Source: Nemertoderma westbladi (taxonomy: Eukaryota > Animalia > Xenacoelomorpha). From it: 64,000 nt of DNA. How positions within the stretch are numbered: position 1 is the first letter of the stretch; each line of letters opens with the position of its first letter. The stretch covers positions 1 through 64,000 of the forward strand of contig JAUCBJ010007152.1 of NCBI GenBank assembly GCA_032718475.1. The letters run 5' to 3'. Below are positions 46,420 to 57,289 of the stretch, one piece after another. The notes under the pieces are model-generated. The model was not told the origin of the DNA. It did no database searches and saw only the letters and a program-made list of their open reading frames with translations. Both the position numbers and the translations under genes were made by a program.

Positions 46420-47325
46420 AGCTGCGAGGTTGACCGCATCCTAGCAGCGTGGCTGACTGCGCACACATCTGATTGTAACTGGTTCACGATATTGTATACA
46501 TTGGCTTAGTTTGTTACTGCAGGTACTGTTACATTAATACTGTAGTACCGGTACTGCAGTACAATGCTAATAGAAGGAAATCAGTATGTTCTATCTGACT
46601 ATACTGATACAACAACAGTGAAAGTACTGCATTACTGTATTGTTTGGGTAGGTGATCTAATCCCTGTATGTGAGACCCATGCGTGCAATCCAGGTCATGA
46701 CTGCAGTATGCTAATCAAGGTTCGGGTAGACTGCAGTATCCTTATAGGTGAAAAAAAAACAAATACTATTGCATCAGATTACTGCTGTACTGATACCGGT
46801 AGACCGCAACTACAGTGTTGGAAGAGTAAAACAATGTCGGTACTGATAAAGTGGATGACAGTGGTGGATAAGGGCTGCGAGGTTGACTGCATCCTAGCAG
46901 CATGGCTGACTGCGCACACATCTGATTGTAACTGGCTCACGATATTGTATACATTGGCTTAGTTTGTTACTGCAGGTACTGTTACATTAATACTGTAGTA
47001 TCGGTACTGCAGTACAATGCTAATAGAAGGAAATCAGTATGCTCTATCTGACTATACTGTTACAACAACAGTGAAAGTACTGCAGTACTGTATTGTTTGG
47101 CTAGGTGATCTAATCCTTACATGTGAGACCCATGCATGCAATCCAGGTCATGACTGCAGTATGCTAATCAAGGTTCGGGTAGACTGCAGTATCCTTATAG
47201 GTGAAAAAAAACAAATACTATTGCATCAGATTACTGCTGTACTGATACCGGTAGACCGCGACTACAGTGTTAGAAGAGTAAAACATTACCGGTACTGATA
47301 AAGTGGATGACAGTTATGGATAGGC
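46420..47325. repeat. 453-bp direct tandem duplication at the point where the two gene arms converge
   Basis: Near-identical blocks offset by 453 bp (e.g. 46564 and 47017). Confidence 0.9.
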
Positions 47326-47703
47326 CTATAATAAATTATTGAATTTAACAGTACCGGTACCAACAGGTTAACATTACATCCTATACAGATTATGTTGCAT
47401 TTCTGACTAATATTACTAAAGTTATATCACTAGTCAACTACTGTATGTGTTATTAGTTTGCGATGTATAGGATGTTTCGCAATACCAGTACAACTATATT
47501 AGAATGATATCGAGAATACTTACTGTACATGTTACGTCTATATCATATTGTTAAATGTGTATGTTAACCTAGCGCAATTGATTCTTTTTTAGAGAACTTG
47601 TTGTAAAAAAAATTATATTTTATTATATTTTTATATTAACATCAAGATCATCACCAAAATAAAATTATATTATATCCCATCACATTACAAGCTTAGAGTA
47701 AAC

Positions 47704-48279
47704 CTACTGTACATCATTCACCGCAGTTATTTCTTTCTGTTTATCACCTGTCTCAGTTAATCGCTTCATATAATTACATACCCTCCAATCCTTTTCACTG
47801 AGCAGTAATTCAAGCAGCTATCACCATCTTTGTGAAAACTACATTTATCTTCTACAGTAGTTAATTTATCGTGGAAGGGGCATGGAGTTAAATAATTGTA
47901 ATATAGTCAAAATATTCCCAATTTGTTCATCGATTTTGGAGCGTAAACATCAAGTTGGGTATTTAATATTGCGGCTTTCATCAACCCGAATACATATATT
48001 ATATTTATTTTTTAATTGTCTCTTCATGTACTTTTTAAGGTCATCTTGCGAAATGTCACCGTAATCCCAAGGTAAATGCGATGTAATATCGCATAAATTG
48101 TTTACGTGGGCTTCATCTAATGCCGATAAGTTAATATCAGGAGGTCCTTTAATTAAAAACGTCTTTATATTAGTTTTACTGTATTTAGAATCAAATATAG
48201 CAAATTCTTTAAATACTACCGGATATTCCTTATTGTCTATCTTATAATATTGAAAATCAACAAAAATAATATTATCCAT
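47704..48279 (-). pseudogene. Maverick protein with DEDD-exonuclease-like N-terminus and Cys/His-rich C-terminus, disrupted
   Basis: IFVDFQYY..VFKEFAI..HLPWDYGD; after the break CPFH..CSFH..C..YC. Confidence 0.5.
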
Positions 48280-48335
48280 TTTATCGAATAATATATTTAG
48301 ATAAACAAAAGTTAAATGATTAATTACAACGCCTG

Positions 48336-48776
48336 TTAGTTTATTTTATAATAATTAACAAGCCATTTATATAATATTATTTCATTTATTTCCACATTAT
48401 TTGTAAACGCTCTCATTGGATAGTTTGTGTGAATTTGATTTACCAAGTAATAAAGACAGTATAACCCGCATGTGGTCCTTCTAGGGTCTTGAAATTGCCT
48501 GCGAGTAGTACACCACCTTGCTGAATTTTTCTCAAGCCATTTTTCAATACATCTGTTTGGATATTTTGGACCAAACGAATTAAATAATTCAGCTTCATTA
48601 TCTCGTATATATATAGCCACCCAATGAACACCTGGTAGATGCGCTTTATCGGTATTTACTATTAACCCATAATCTCTTCGCTTATTATTATCTAATTTAG
48701 GTAATTTATTAGATGGAAATGCCCCCAAATAGTGACCACCCACTGGAAACATATCAAGGTCCTCTGTAGATAACAT
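48336..48776 (-). CDS. Adenain-like cysteine maturation protease
   Basis: VNTD...PGVHWVA...FNSFG...Q...TTCGLYC. Confidence 0.92.
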   Translation of the reverse strand: MLSTEDLDMFPVGGHYLGAFPSNKLPKLDNNKRRDYGLIVNTDKAHLPGVHWVAIYIRDNEAELFNSFGPKYPNRCIEKWLEKNSARWCTTRRQFQDPRRTTCGLYCLYYLVNQIHTNYPMRAFTNNVEINEIILYKWLVNYYKIN

Positions 48777-48778
48777 AC

Positions 48779-50038
48779 TTAATCGATATGTATTTCTTTC
48801 CTGCTATTTAAACTTAATGATTGATCATAAATATTAAAAACGATTACATTTATGGTCTCAACCAACGGTTCGGCAAATCTTAATTTTAATTGTCCGTTAG
48901 TATATATTGATGGTTGGGGATCCCTAACATAAGCGTCGGCAGTTAGGTCCCAGGATATGAGTGGGCAATTACCTAAGTAGGTTTCATGGTCTATATTATT
49001 ACCTCCATAACCGTTAATATATGTATTAATGTTCTTCATTAATTGAGTATACTCAAAAATGTATGTTCCATCTGTAAAATTAGGCTCGTATATTACACCA
49101 CCTACTGGAAGACCGTCTACAATCAGCTCCACGCGTCTAAGGTTAAAATGTTCAAATTTCAATGGGTTACTAGTTAATTCTCCCGAATATGAATTATTTG
49201 TTATAAAACCGATAATAACTAATTTGGGTTTTTTACCATCAAATATGTTTGTTTGGGTGTAATTTGTGGTTTGAGCGGGAATAGTAAATGTAGTAACCTC
49301 TTTTTTTTGAAATTGATATTCAATATCGTAGCTCTCTAAACCTTTTAGATGGCTGCTTTCTATTACTGGATTAACCTCCATTCTAGGGATTAGGATCTTT
49401 ACTTCATCTAATTCTAGCCGAAGATTTGTCACAGCGTTTGCGTTTGGAGTGATTTTAAAAATAAACGAAGTTGATACTTTTCTAAAATGCATTCTTAAAT
49501 CATACCCCGGTTGTATTATTTTACTTTCAGTATCAAAATCAATTGTCAATCCGCTTACAAATTGCATTTGTTTACTAAAGGCATTGCCAATAGGATGCGC
49601 ACCGGGATTAATTTCATTTCCGTGTTCGGATAAAGGCTGACGAAAGCCGCCTGCCCCCAGTAGCCCATTTTTTGTTTCGTATGTTGTAAATAGTAAATTG
49701 GATAAGTACGACTTGTAGAAATAATGGTTATTGCTATTTTCAACCTGCTTCTCATTAAGGTCTATTTTAATATCACTCCACATAGTTCCAGAAGGGTAAT
49801 TCAACATATAAATATGTGAGTTTTCAAGTCGTCTATCCCACTGTACAGTACATTTTGTAATTAATAATGCATCTTGCAGTTTCGTATAGAATTCATTGGA
49901 TCTCGGTACAAGAAACGTGACTTCCCTACACTCGCTTCTGAGATTAGATACGGGGTAAATTATTTCATAATGCTTTGCTTTAAATTCAGTCTGTATTGGC
50001 TGTGTAGAAAATAAATTTAATTCCTTAATAATTGACAT
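48779..50038 (-). CDS. Major capsid protein (double jelly-roll)
   Basis: 419 aa; LNLF..PIQT, P.LVIIGF...NPLKFEHFNL, WDLT, L.LRFAEPL...INVIV; located next to the protease. Confidence 0.88.
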   Translation of the reverse strand: MSIIKELNLFSTQPIQTEFKAKHYEIIYPVSNLRSECREVTFLVPRSNEFYTKLQDALLITKCTVQWDRRLENSHIYMLNYPSGTMWSDIKIDLNEKQVENSNNHYFYKSYLSNLLFTTYETKNGLLGAGGFRQPLSEHGNEINPGAHPIGNAFSKQMQFVSGLTIDFDTESKIIQPGYDLRMHFRKVSTSFIFKITPNANAVTNLRLELDEVKILIPRMEVNPVIESSHLKGLESYDIEYQFQKKEVTTFTIPAQTTNYTQTNIFDGKKPKLVIIGFITNNSYSGELTSNPLKFEHFNLRRVELIVDGLPVGGVIYEPNFTDGTYIFEYTQLMKNINTYINGYGGNNIDHETYLGNCPLISWDLTADAYVRDPQPSIYTNGQLKLRFAEPLVETINVIVFNIYDQSLSLNSRKEIHID

Positions 50039-50040
50039 TA

Positions 50041-50604
50041 TTAAAAAATACTTTTTTCGCAGTGTTTCAGTTTGCCTTTTTTTATTTTTCTATTTTTACT
50101 ACGACGATGATGTATGTTCATAGACATTGGTCTAGTCGGTCGCTTTAAATCTCTATAAACTTTTTCTACAACTGATCTTGTTGATGGTTTCATTTTATTT
50201 AATGCTTTATTAATAACCGTATTAGCCTGCTGATGTAAGACCCGCTTACCTTTTGGTATTACGTGTTGTCTCATAAATTTTGTGGTAAATGGTAAAACTT
50301 TTTGTAAAACTTTTTTTGCTAATGGCTTTCCAAATTTTTTCAATGTAGATAAAGCGTCTGTAAATATACCTTCTCCGTGTTGATTTGTCCGCATACCTCT
50401 GCGATAACGTTGAAATCGACATTGTTTTAAGTTTGGACCAAATGCACCAATTTGTTGACCGTAAGGGTCAATATATGATCCACCTCGAAAAACAGGAACT
50501 TGCGTCGAGCCTCTCGTACTTCTACCACCTTTAAAAACAGCAAGATTAGAGTCTGCACCACCATATTGAGGTTTACTGTATCTTTGAAATAAATCGGAAT
50601 CCAT
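50041..50604 (-). CDS. Basic core (pVII-like) protein with adenain-type cleavage sites
   Basis: K/R-rich, with QYGG, FKGG, FRGG and QHGEG motifs; lies between mCP and MCP. Confidence 0.65.
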   Translation of the reverse strand: MDSDLFQRYSKPQYGGADSNLAVFKGGRSTRGSTQVPVFRGGSYIDPYGQQIGAFGPNLKQCRFQRYRRGMRTNQHGEGIFTDALSTLKKFGKPLAKKVLQKVLPFTTKFMRQHVIPKGKRVLHQQANTVINKALNKMKPSTRSVVEKVYRDLKRPTRPMSMNIHHRRSKNRKIKKGKLKHCEKSIF

Positions 50605-50605
50605 T

Positions 50606-51449
50606 TTAATTTATTTTTTTAAAGTGTAAGGTAATAGAAGTTGTACCGTATTCAAAATTCAAATCTTTTCCTTCTTTGTCTGTTATTTCAATATGAATGT
50701 ATGTTATCTTATATGATTTTTTTACAGGGATATAATGAATTGTATCCTTGGCAAATTCTTTATTTATTATACTACCATATTTCACGTCATCAGGTAGCCA
50801 CGCGACGAAGTAAAGCTAAACCAAAATCATTAATATATTCATTTTCAATTATATTAGTAGTCACGTACATGTTCGACTTAGGTTCTGGAATAGAATTGGG
50901 TGGTTGAGGACATAAAAATACCATCTGGTAAGCTTTTTCTTCATTTCCGATAATCTTTATTAAATAACCCTTTATATTATTTTTCGTCTTCAAAATAATT
51001 TTAAAATTTGGATTTAAATTCGCACCGAGATTATTTTCAGTAATTCCAAAATAATAGGCTAATTGTTGACCTATAAATAACTCTCGTACAGTTTTCCCTA
51101 AAATAAATTGCAACCTATTTTGCTGAGTATTTTCAACTATTTGTAATTTATCTTTCAACGCCCCAGTGTTAAAATAATCTATAATGTCATTGATACTGTA
51201 GAACAAGCCGGATGGAAGTGTATCCTCAAAATTTTTTTTCCCTTTTTTTAATAAAATAACATTCTCTACATTGTTATACATGGACGGTAACGTGGCTAAG
51301 TAAAATATACTTTTTATACCTACCACCCAGTTTTCGTTTGGATTTATAGGTAAGGCACCATGGAAATTGATCTGATAATTACTACCGGTATTACAAGGAA
51401 AATCAATTGGACACAAGTTACTTGGTAGACTAACATAGAACTCATCCAT
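50606..51449 (-). pseudogene. Minor capsid (penton-like) protein 2, disrupted C-terminus
   Basis: FYVSLPSN..FP.N..SNY...WVVG; MYVTTNII...LLR; ends ITLHFKK. Confidence 0.8.
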
Positions 51450-52311
51450 CACCACCGCATATTAACTTAAATGTTATAACAGTGCGACCACCGTTGAAAT
51501 TAATTAATTCACCTTGGCTGTCACGTAAAGTAATTAAGATTGTTTTTAGTTTTTTATTCAACAACGGGTAATAGCAAATGCTCTCGTATTCGTGATTAAT
51601 ATATTTTCGATTTAATTGTGTTAAAGGACAGGTTCTTAAGAGCGGAGCTAAAGCGTCACCAACAAATGAGCTCTTAATAATATCTGTATATATGAAGATT
51701 GTATCTTTATTACGAGTAATATTCGTAGGATCTGGAAAATCTAAAATCCCAATTTCCGAAATTTTTGGTCCACTATAATTTAAAATTAATATCGGCTGTT
51801 CTATATTGCTTAATTCATCCACTGTAGTGGTACTGTATATATCCCAATTCGGAATACCTGGATGATTCTGATCCAATAACTGTTTTAAGCATAGAATTTG
51901 TATTAAATCACCGCGTAGACTTAATTGTATTTTTTTCAACTTTTTAGGAAATTTAAATTTAATTCTAGAATTATTTGTATTAAAAATGAATTCGAAATCT
52001 CTATATTACGCTTCAGAATTAAACAGTTTATTTATATCATCAATAATGACTTGAATAGAGCTATGCATACCAGGAAATAAACTGTATAATTTGGCATCTT
52101 TTGCATCTACCCCGATTGACAGTGAGATTTGAGTTTGCAAAGTAATATTACTGTATGTTGCTTGATATTGAATCTCGGCAAGTCCAATTTTAGCGTTTGA
52201 ACCAATATATAATTCTTCGGCTAAATCAACAGTAAACTCGCTAGGGTTATTATTGGGATATGTGTTTAATGAGCTATCTGAAACTAGAGTGATATATGTA
52301 TCTACAGCCAT
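51442..52311 (-). pseudogene. Minor capsid (penton-like) protein 1, one in-frame stop at 52006
   Basis: YITLVSDSS..YPNN..SEFTV.L...IGLAEIQY; IFIYTDII..SFVGD..APLLR; YYPL...I.LRDSQG. Confidence 0.85.
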
Positions 52312-52324
52312 TATTATTATTATT

Positions 52325-52750
52325 TAAGCTCTCTCTGCTTGACTCCATTGTATATACTGTACTGTATAATGTTAAACTATAGACATCTGTGACCACGTTC
52401 ATTGTTTCTACAGTATATGCGAGAGATCAATATTTAAAGCAAATGAACTATAGATATTAGACTTACAGCATAGTAATATCATTCGAGTTAATATTGATTA
52501 ATTACGATCATATGTGACCATTATTCGCTTAAGCTCTCTCTACTTGACTCCTTATACATACTGTATAATGTTAAATTATAGACATCTGTCACCGCGTTCA
52601 TTACCGCTTCTACAGTATATGCGAGGGATCAATATTTTACTGGCTTTATTTAAAGCGAATGAACTATAGATATTAAACTCTCAGTATAGTATAGTAATAT
52701 CATTCGAGTTAATATTGATTAATTACGGTCATATGTGACCATTATTCACG
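52325..52750. repeat. About 205-bp direct repeat x2 upstream of the structural gene block
   Basis: TTAAGCTCTCT...CATATGTGACCATTATTC starts at about 52325 and 52529. Confidence 0.85.
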
Positions 52751-52781
52751 CAATGAATTAATATACAGTATAAACCTAAAC

Positions 52782-53870
52782 TTATTGAATATGCTGTACC
52801 CACGACTGTTTTTTGGATCCAATGAATCGGACTAAATATTCTTTTTTCCCATTGCGCACACGTTCTTTAAGTTTGCCAATATTTTTGTCAATCGGAAGAT
52901 AAATATTACTACTCGGGTGGACCTTTTGGAGTTCGTATGAATAAAATGAACCATTTATTATAGCACCAGCGCTGTCCTTAATATCGAACATTACCACTGG
53001 TACTCTATCCAATCTGACCCGATGAATAATAAATAATTCACGTGTCCATTGTTCTCGATAGCCTTTAGCAAAAGCAGTACGCGCGATAGATAAACGTACT
53101 GTATCTCCAACTTGAAATTTTATTTTCTTGTGATTAATCTGTCTATATTTCCCATATAATATATTAATTAATTCAGTTTCATTAAATTTATTAACTTCAA
53201 TGGGAGTCATTTGTATAGTCCTATGAAATGACCTATTATAAGCAAAAATAAGCTTCGGTAAAATTTTTATCCAAACATTATTTCCCCGTTGTGTGAAAAT
53301 TTTGAACATCTTTGTTTTTAATGTTCTATTGAATCTCTCGACAATAGCCGCCTTATTCACAGAGTACATTATGTAATAACGTACACCAATAGTATCTAAA
53401 TATTTTCTTACAGATTTATTTAGAAACTCAGACCCTTGATCAGTCGCGATTCTGTTTGGTTTACCTTTCTGGAATATTTTTTGCAATATACTAATAATTT
53501 CAATACCTGTTTTTGTCTTCATACCATAGGCAAAAGCAAGCCGGCTAAAGGCATCAATACATGTTAATATATAGTTATAATTATTATTTTGTGATTTATA
53601 TTGCTGCATATCCACCAGATCTATCATATATATATCTTTTAACCCTCCCGTAAATATTTTAGATGTTGGATAATGATGTCTACGTGGTGCGTGAAGGGAG
53701 TATGTCTTTTGCCCGCTCAACCATTTCTGAGCTTGAGATGGTTTGATGTTTGCGGCTTTTGCTAATTTTGCGATACTTGCAAAACCTGCAGGCGATGAAG
53801 GATCTAAATAAATTCTTAACAGTTTTTTGTCTAAGCTTCGGCTTAAAATCGGTTTCATCTTGAGTGGCAT
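52782..53870 (-). CDS. Retroviral-like (RVE) integrase with chromodomain remnant
   Basis: IDLVDM, CIDAFSR, TDQGSEF, VERFNRTLK, F.KGY..WT.E.F, KEYLVRF.G..SWV. Confidence 0.93.
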   Translation of the reverse strand: MPLKMKPILSRSLDKKLLRIYLDPSSPAGFASIAKLAKAANIKPSQAQKWLSGQKTYSLHAPRRHHYPTSKIFTGGLKDIYMIDLVDMQQYKSQNNNYNYILTCIDAFSRLAFAYGMKTKTGIEIISILQKIFQKGKPNRIATDQGSEFLNKSVRKYLDTIGVRYYIMYSVNKAAIVERFNRTLKTKMFKIFTQRGNNVWIKILPKLIFAYNRSFHRTIQMTPIEVNKFNETELINILYGKYRQINHKKIKFQVGDTVRLSIARTAFAKGYREQWTRELFIIHRVRLDRVPVVMFDIKDSAGAIINGSFYSYELQKVHPSSNIYLPIDKNIGKLKERVRNGKKEYLVRFIGSKKQSWVQHIQ

Positions 53871-54091
53871 CTTTTCGACAACCGCAAGTAATATGTATAT
53901 TCAAATCTCTTATAAAGGGCATCACCGTAAAAACAGCTGAAATTTTTTTATTTTCTTTGAAGTTGATGTTTTGAAGGGTTTTCTTTTTGTAGTATTTACT
54001 CTAGGTATATCTTGAGGTTTTAAATCAGTAGCTAACGGTTTAGTCGATACTAAATATAATTTTCTAAATGTTACTCCCGTTTTAACCATTA

Positions 54092-54475
54092 TTACCGTCC
54101 GCGGTTAATTTTTTTCGCAATAGCCGCTCCAGCGGCGGCGGCACCAGCACTCGCAGCGAGTTTCGCACCAATGCCGAGTAAGGGTATTAGAAACGGTAGT
54201 ATGCCTCCAGATTGATTGGTTAACTTTTTTCTGTAACTTGATATATTTTTTGTTTTGCGGTTGAGTGATTTTAATACCTTATTATAACGACGAATATTTC
54301 TAAATGAATGAGGGGTCAATTGTACGTTACCTTTTAGAACATTTAATGCGGTATTTACAATGAGCCGTATTAATTCGTTACTCGCGGTATGGTTAATAAA
54401 ATAAGTTCTTTGTTGAGGGGTAGCGCTATGTAGAAATTCCAATTCGTTACGATATTTCTGCACAAGTCTATTCAT
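54092..54475 (-). CDS. Conserved Polinton virion protein with a pX-like hydrophobic C-terminal peptide
   Basis: ALNVLKGNV.L and QSGG/ILPFLIPLLG. Confidence 0.7.
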   Translation of the reverse strand: MNRLVQKYRNELEFLHSATPQQRTYFINHTASNELIRLIVNTALNVLKGNVQLTPHSFRNIRRYNKVLKSLNRKTKNISSYRKKLTNQSGGILPFLIPLLGIGAKLAASAGAAAAGAAIAKKINRGR

Positions 54476-54508
54476 TGTTGCAACATTATTGAAAATTGTT
54501 ACAAAATA

Positions 54509-55192
54509 TTAATTATTATTATTATTATTATTATTATTTTCGCTACGTTTATAGTCAATGTAATTTTTAATGTAACAATTATGATTACGAAATATATCCG
54601 ATCTAAATCTTAAATGTTCGGGTGTTTCCTGTCGTAAATCAATTAAGAAATGCGAAAATGGTTCAATAGTCGCATCTTGATAGGAATCTACTAAAAATTT
54701 GGTCTGCCCTGGTAACATCTGCTTCGCGAAATTTAAAACCGATAAACTGTCTCGCGGATTTTTCATTAATACTAGGGTATGGCTATTAATTGATCTTGTG
54801 CGGTTATGCTTCCTACCGTAAAACATGTTTTGCGTTATGAAACAAATAAATATATTGGAATGATGAGCAACCTTAGTAAACAATACAGTTAAAGCTGTAC
54901 TAGACTCAGTTTCTATTAATAAATCATCTATAATTAATAAATCTCGACTATTCACTAAACTATCTATATTTTCAGGCAAACCTTTGTAAAGGTGAGTAAT
55001 ACCAGGAATAGTCGGGGGATTGCTCCCGTAACAATACAATACTCGTAAGGGGTGTTCGTTGAAGCAGCCATTCTTGTGTTTAATTAAATTACCAACAAAT
55101 GTAGACTTTCCGGAACCAGACGGGCCAGAAATTATCATACTCGTTCCCATTTGAAAGTTTAAATTATATGGACCTGAATTAAAGTCAGCCAT
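54509..55192 (-). CDS. A32/FtsK-like genome packaging ATPase
   Basis: Walker A GPSGSGKS, Walker B LLIIDD, HH..I..ITQN, RT..IN, NPRD. Confidence 0.93.
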   Translation of the reverse strand: MADFNSGPYNLNFQMGTSMIISGPSGSGKSTFVGNLIKHKNGCFNEHPLRVLYCYGSNPPTIPGITHLYKGLPENIDSLVNSRDLLIIDDLLIETESSTALTVLFTKVAHHSNIFICFITQNMFYGRKHNRTRSINSHTLVLMKNPRDSLSVLNFAKQMLPGQTKFLVDSYQDATIEPFSHFLIDLRQETPEHLRFRSDIFRNHNCYIKNYIDYKRSENNNNNNNNN

Positions 55193-55342
55193 TTATTATT
55201 ATTATTAAGATATCAATAATACAATCACCATTACTATGTATATATGTAACAATTCACAAAAAACAGCATTTTACAACAAAAAGTATGTACAACTGTAGTA
55301 TTAGTATATTTATCATGGCAATCTTTCGTTCTATTTATTACC

Positions 55343-56044
55343 TTATTTGAAAAGATTGTGTAATCGTATACCAGCAATCAACAGACATTGTTTTCGATTT
55401 AAATAATGTCCACACCAAGTGAGATAACGGTGACATCGTATAAATTCGTTATACTTCTTAGTTTGACATTTACATTCTATACCACGTCCGTAGCATTTAG
55501 TACTGGAAATATGACTTAGAGTATGCTCCGTCAAAGTGCGAATTACTCTCATACACAAATCATTGCAAAGAATACCTTCATCAAGTTTCAAATAATACTT
55601 TTTTGGTTTTATACCTCTTGAAGATGATTCATCTTTATATGTCTTAAAGTAAATATCAAAACTACGTAAATTCTTATTTAATTTTACTGTGATATTTTTA
55701 TGTTCTTCATCAAACAACCAAGGTACCATAAAGCCGCCTTTTTTCACTATATATCGATAAAAAATATTCTGTGATATTGTAAATAACTCGTTAGGTTCGT
55801 TACTTTTTCCTGAAATGTAAATAGAATTCCGCAGCTCTTTCCAATAATATGGATTATATAACTTGTTTACTCTGCAAAGTGTCTGTACTCTACAAATTGG
55901 ACAAATTTTAGTATAATCATTAATTTCAACATGTTGATCAATACATGTCACGCAAGTTCCATGTTTATTAACACATATGTAACAATCAAGATGTTTTAAA
56001 TTAGAATAACAAATACTACAATTTGTGTTTATTAATATATCCAT
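55343..56044 (-). CDS. RING-finger protein (putative E3 ligase)
   Basis: CSIC...C.NKH..CVTC...CPICR at the N-terminus. Confidence 0.7.
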   Translation of the reverse strand: MDILINTNCSICYSNLKHLDCYICVNKHGTCVTCIDQHVEINDYTKICPICRVQTLCRVNKLYNPYYWKELRNSIYISGKSNEPNELFTISQNIFYRYIVKKGGFMVPWLFDEEHKNITVKLNKNLRSFDIYFKTYKDESSSRGIKPKKYYLKLDEGILCNDLCMRVIRTLTEHTLSHISSTKCYGRGIECKCQTKKYNEFIRCHRYLTWCGHYLNRKQCLLIAGIRLHNLFK

Positions 56045-56750
56045 TTTTCTTAAATAACCAAACCAAAATCGTTAAAATGTTGATAAAATATTTATAATAT
56101 AGCTGAAAGAGTCAAGATTCAACTTCATTGTCATCGGTTTCATCAGTGGTTACAAGGGTTTCTTTCGAAATAATAACAATAAACAAAGCCATAATTTCAT
56201 AAGCATTTTTACGATCTAATTTGATCTCAAACTTTTCACATTTATTGCTCGCTATATTACCACTATATTGAGTAATAACAATAAAGTTATCTGACATTGA
56301 TAAAATTGTGAATTTATCTAAATCATCTTCTTCTTTGTAATCTAAAAGGTAATTAGTAGAATCTACCTCACCGAAAATATCAATAGATCATAGTTCTTTT
56401 CTTGCTTGTTCAGAAAATGTCTATTTTAAAATTAGGTTGTGAAGGACAATAAATAGTGTTACCAATAACAATACAAGTAAGATTATCTACAGTATTAAAT
56501 GTATGTCTTATTACAGGCGCAGGTGTATCAGAAGACATTATTATTATTATTATTATTATTTTATGTAATAACAATTAAATAACAGCGACAAGACAGATAA
56601 ATAAATATTAATGATATTTTTTTCTATTCTATTCATATATTTATATAGATCATGTTATATATACAACCAATCAACTAAGAACACGTGTCACATGTAACCA
56701 ATAGAAAGTAAATAATAACAGTAAATGAAGCAAAATAGGTCAGGCTACAG

Positions 56751-57289
56751 TATAACTCGGATATTTATCGCCTTTTTCTCTCGAGGTTGGATGGAAGAGT
56801 GAGTGGTGAGTTGTGAGGAGTTATAACGGTCCCGAGTTCGAACCCGGTTGAATATTTTGTTATCTGAAAAATTGCAAAATTAAATTTAGTTACTGGTGAA
56901 AAATAGTAGAGGTTACCTGTAGACACTCGTAGCACCTGTAAAATAAAGGTTGGTGAATATGAAAATACTGGTTGGTGAAAAATAGCGATTTGAAAAATAG
57001 TAGAAGTTACCTGATGCTAAGTGTAGACACCCGAACACCTGTAAAATAAAGGTTGGTGATTGGATGCAGTACTAGCATTGGGTGACTAATAACGCCTCTA
57101 GCGGAATAAGCGGGAACTTGAGAAGTTATCATGGTTACGAATGAAATGCTGGCATCTGATTGGATGAAATAATAACGACCACTGGTAAAGGTTGAAATGG
57201 TGGCTTCTGATTGGATGCAGTACTAGAAATGGATGGTAATGATGGGCTATGGGTGACCTTGATGCCGTGTCATACAAACATATACTACT
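56751..57289 (-). repeat. Right TIR (539 bp)
   Basis: Reverse complement of the left TIR; ends ACTACT. Confidence 0.93.

Larger units (their letters stand above)
38611..57289. mobile_element. Complete Maverick/Polinton (adintovirus-like endogenous dsDNA virus), 18,679 bp
   Basis: AGTAGT...ACTACT termini, long TIRs, 6-bp TSD CATATA (38605-38610 and 57290-57295), and pPolB, INT, ATPase, PRO, MCP and mCP genes. Confidence 0.97.

Noticed and set aside
46564-47298. Two paralogous small CDSs
   Set aside because: They lie in the 453-bp duplication, differ by a frameshift and show no protein motif.
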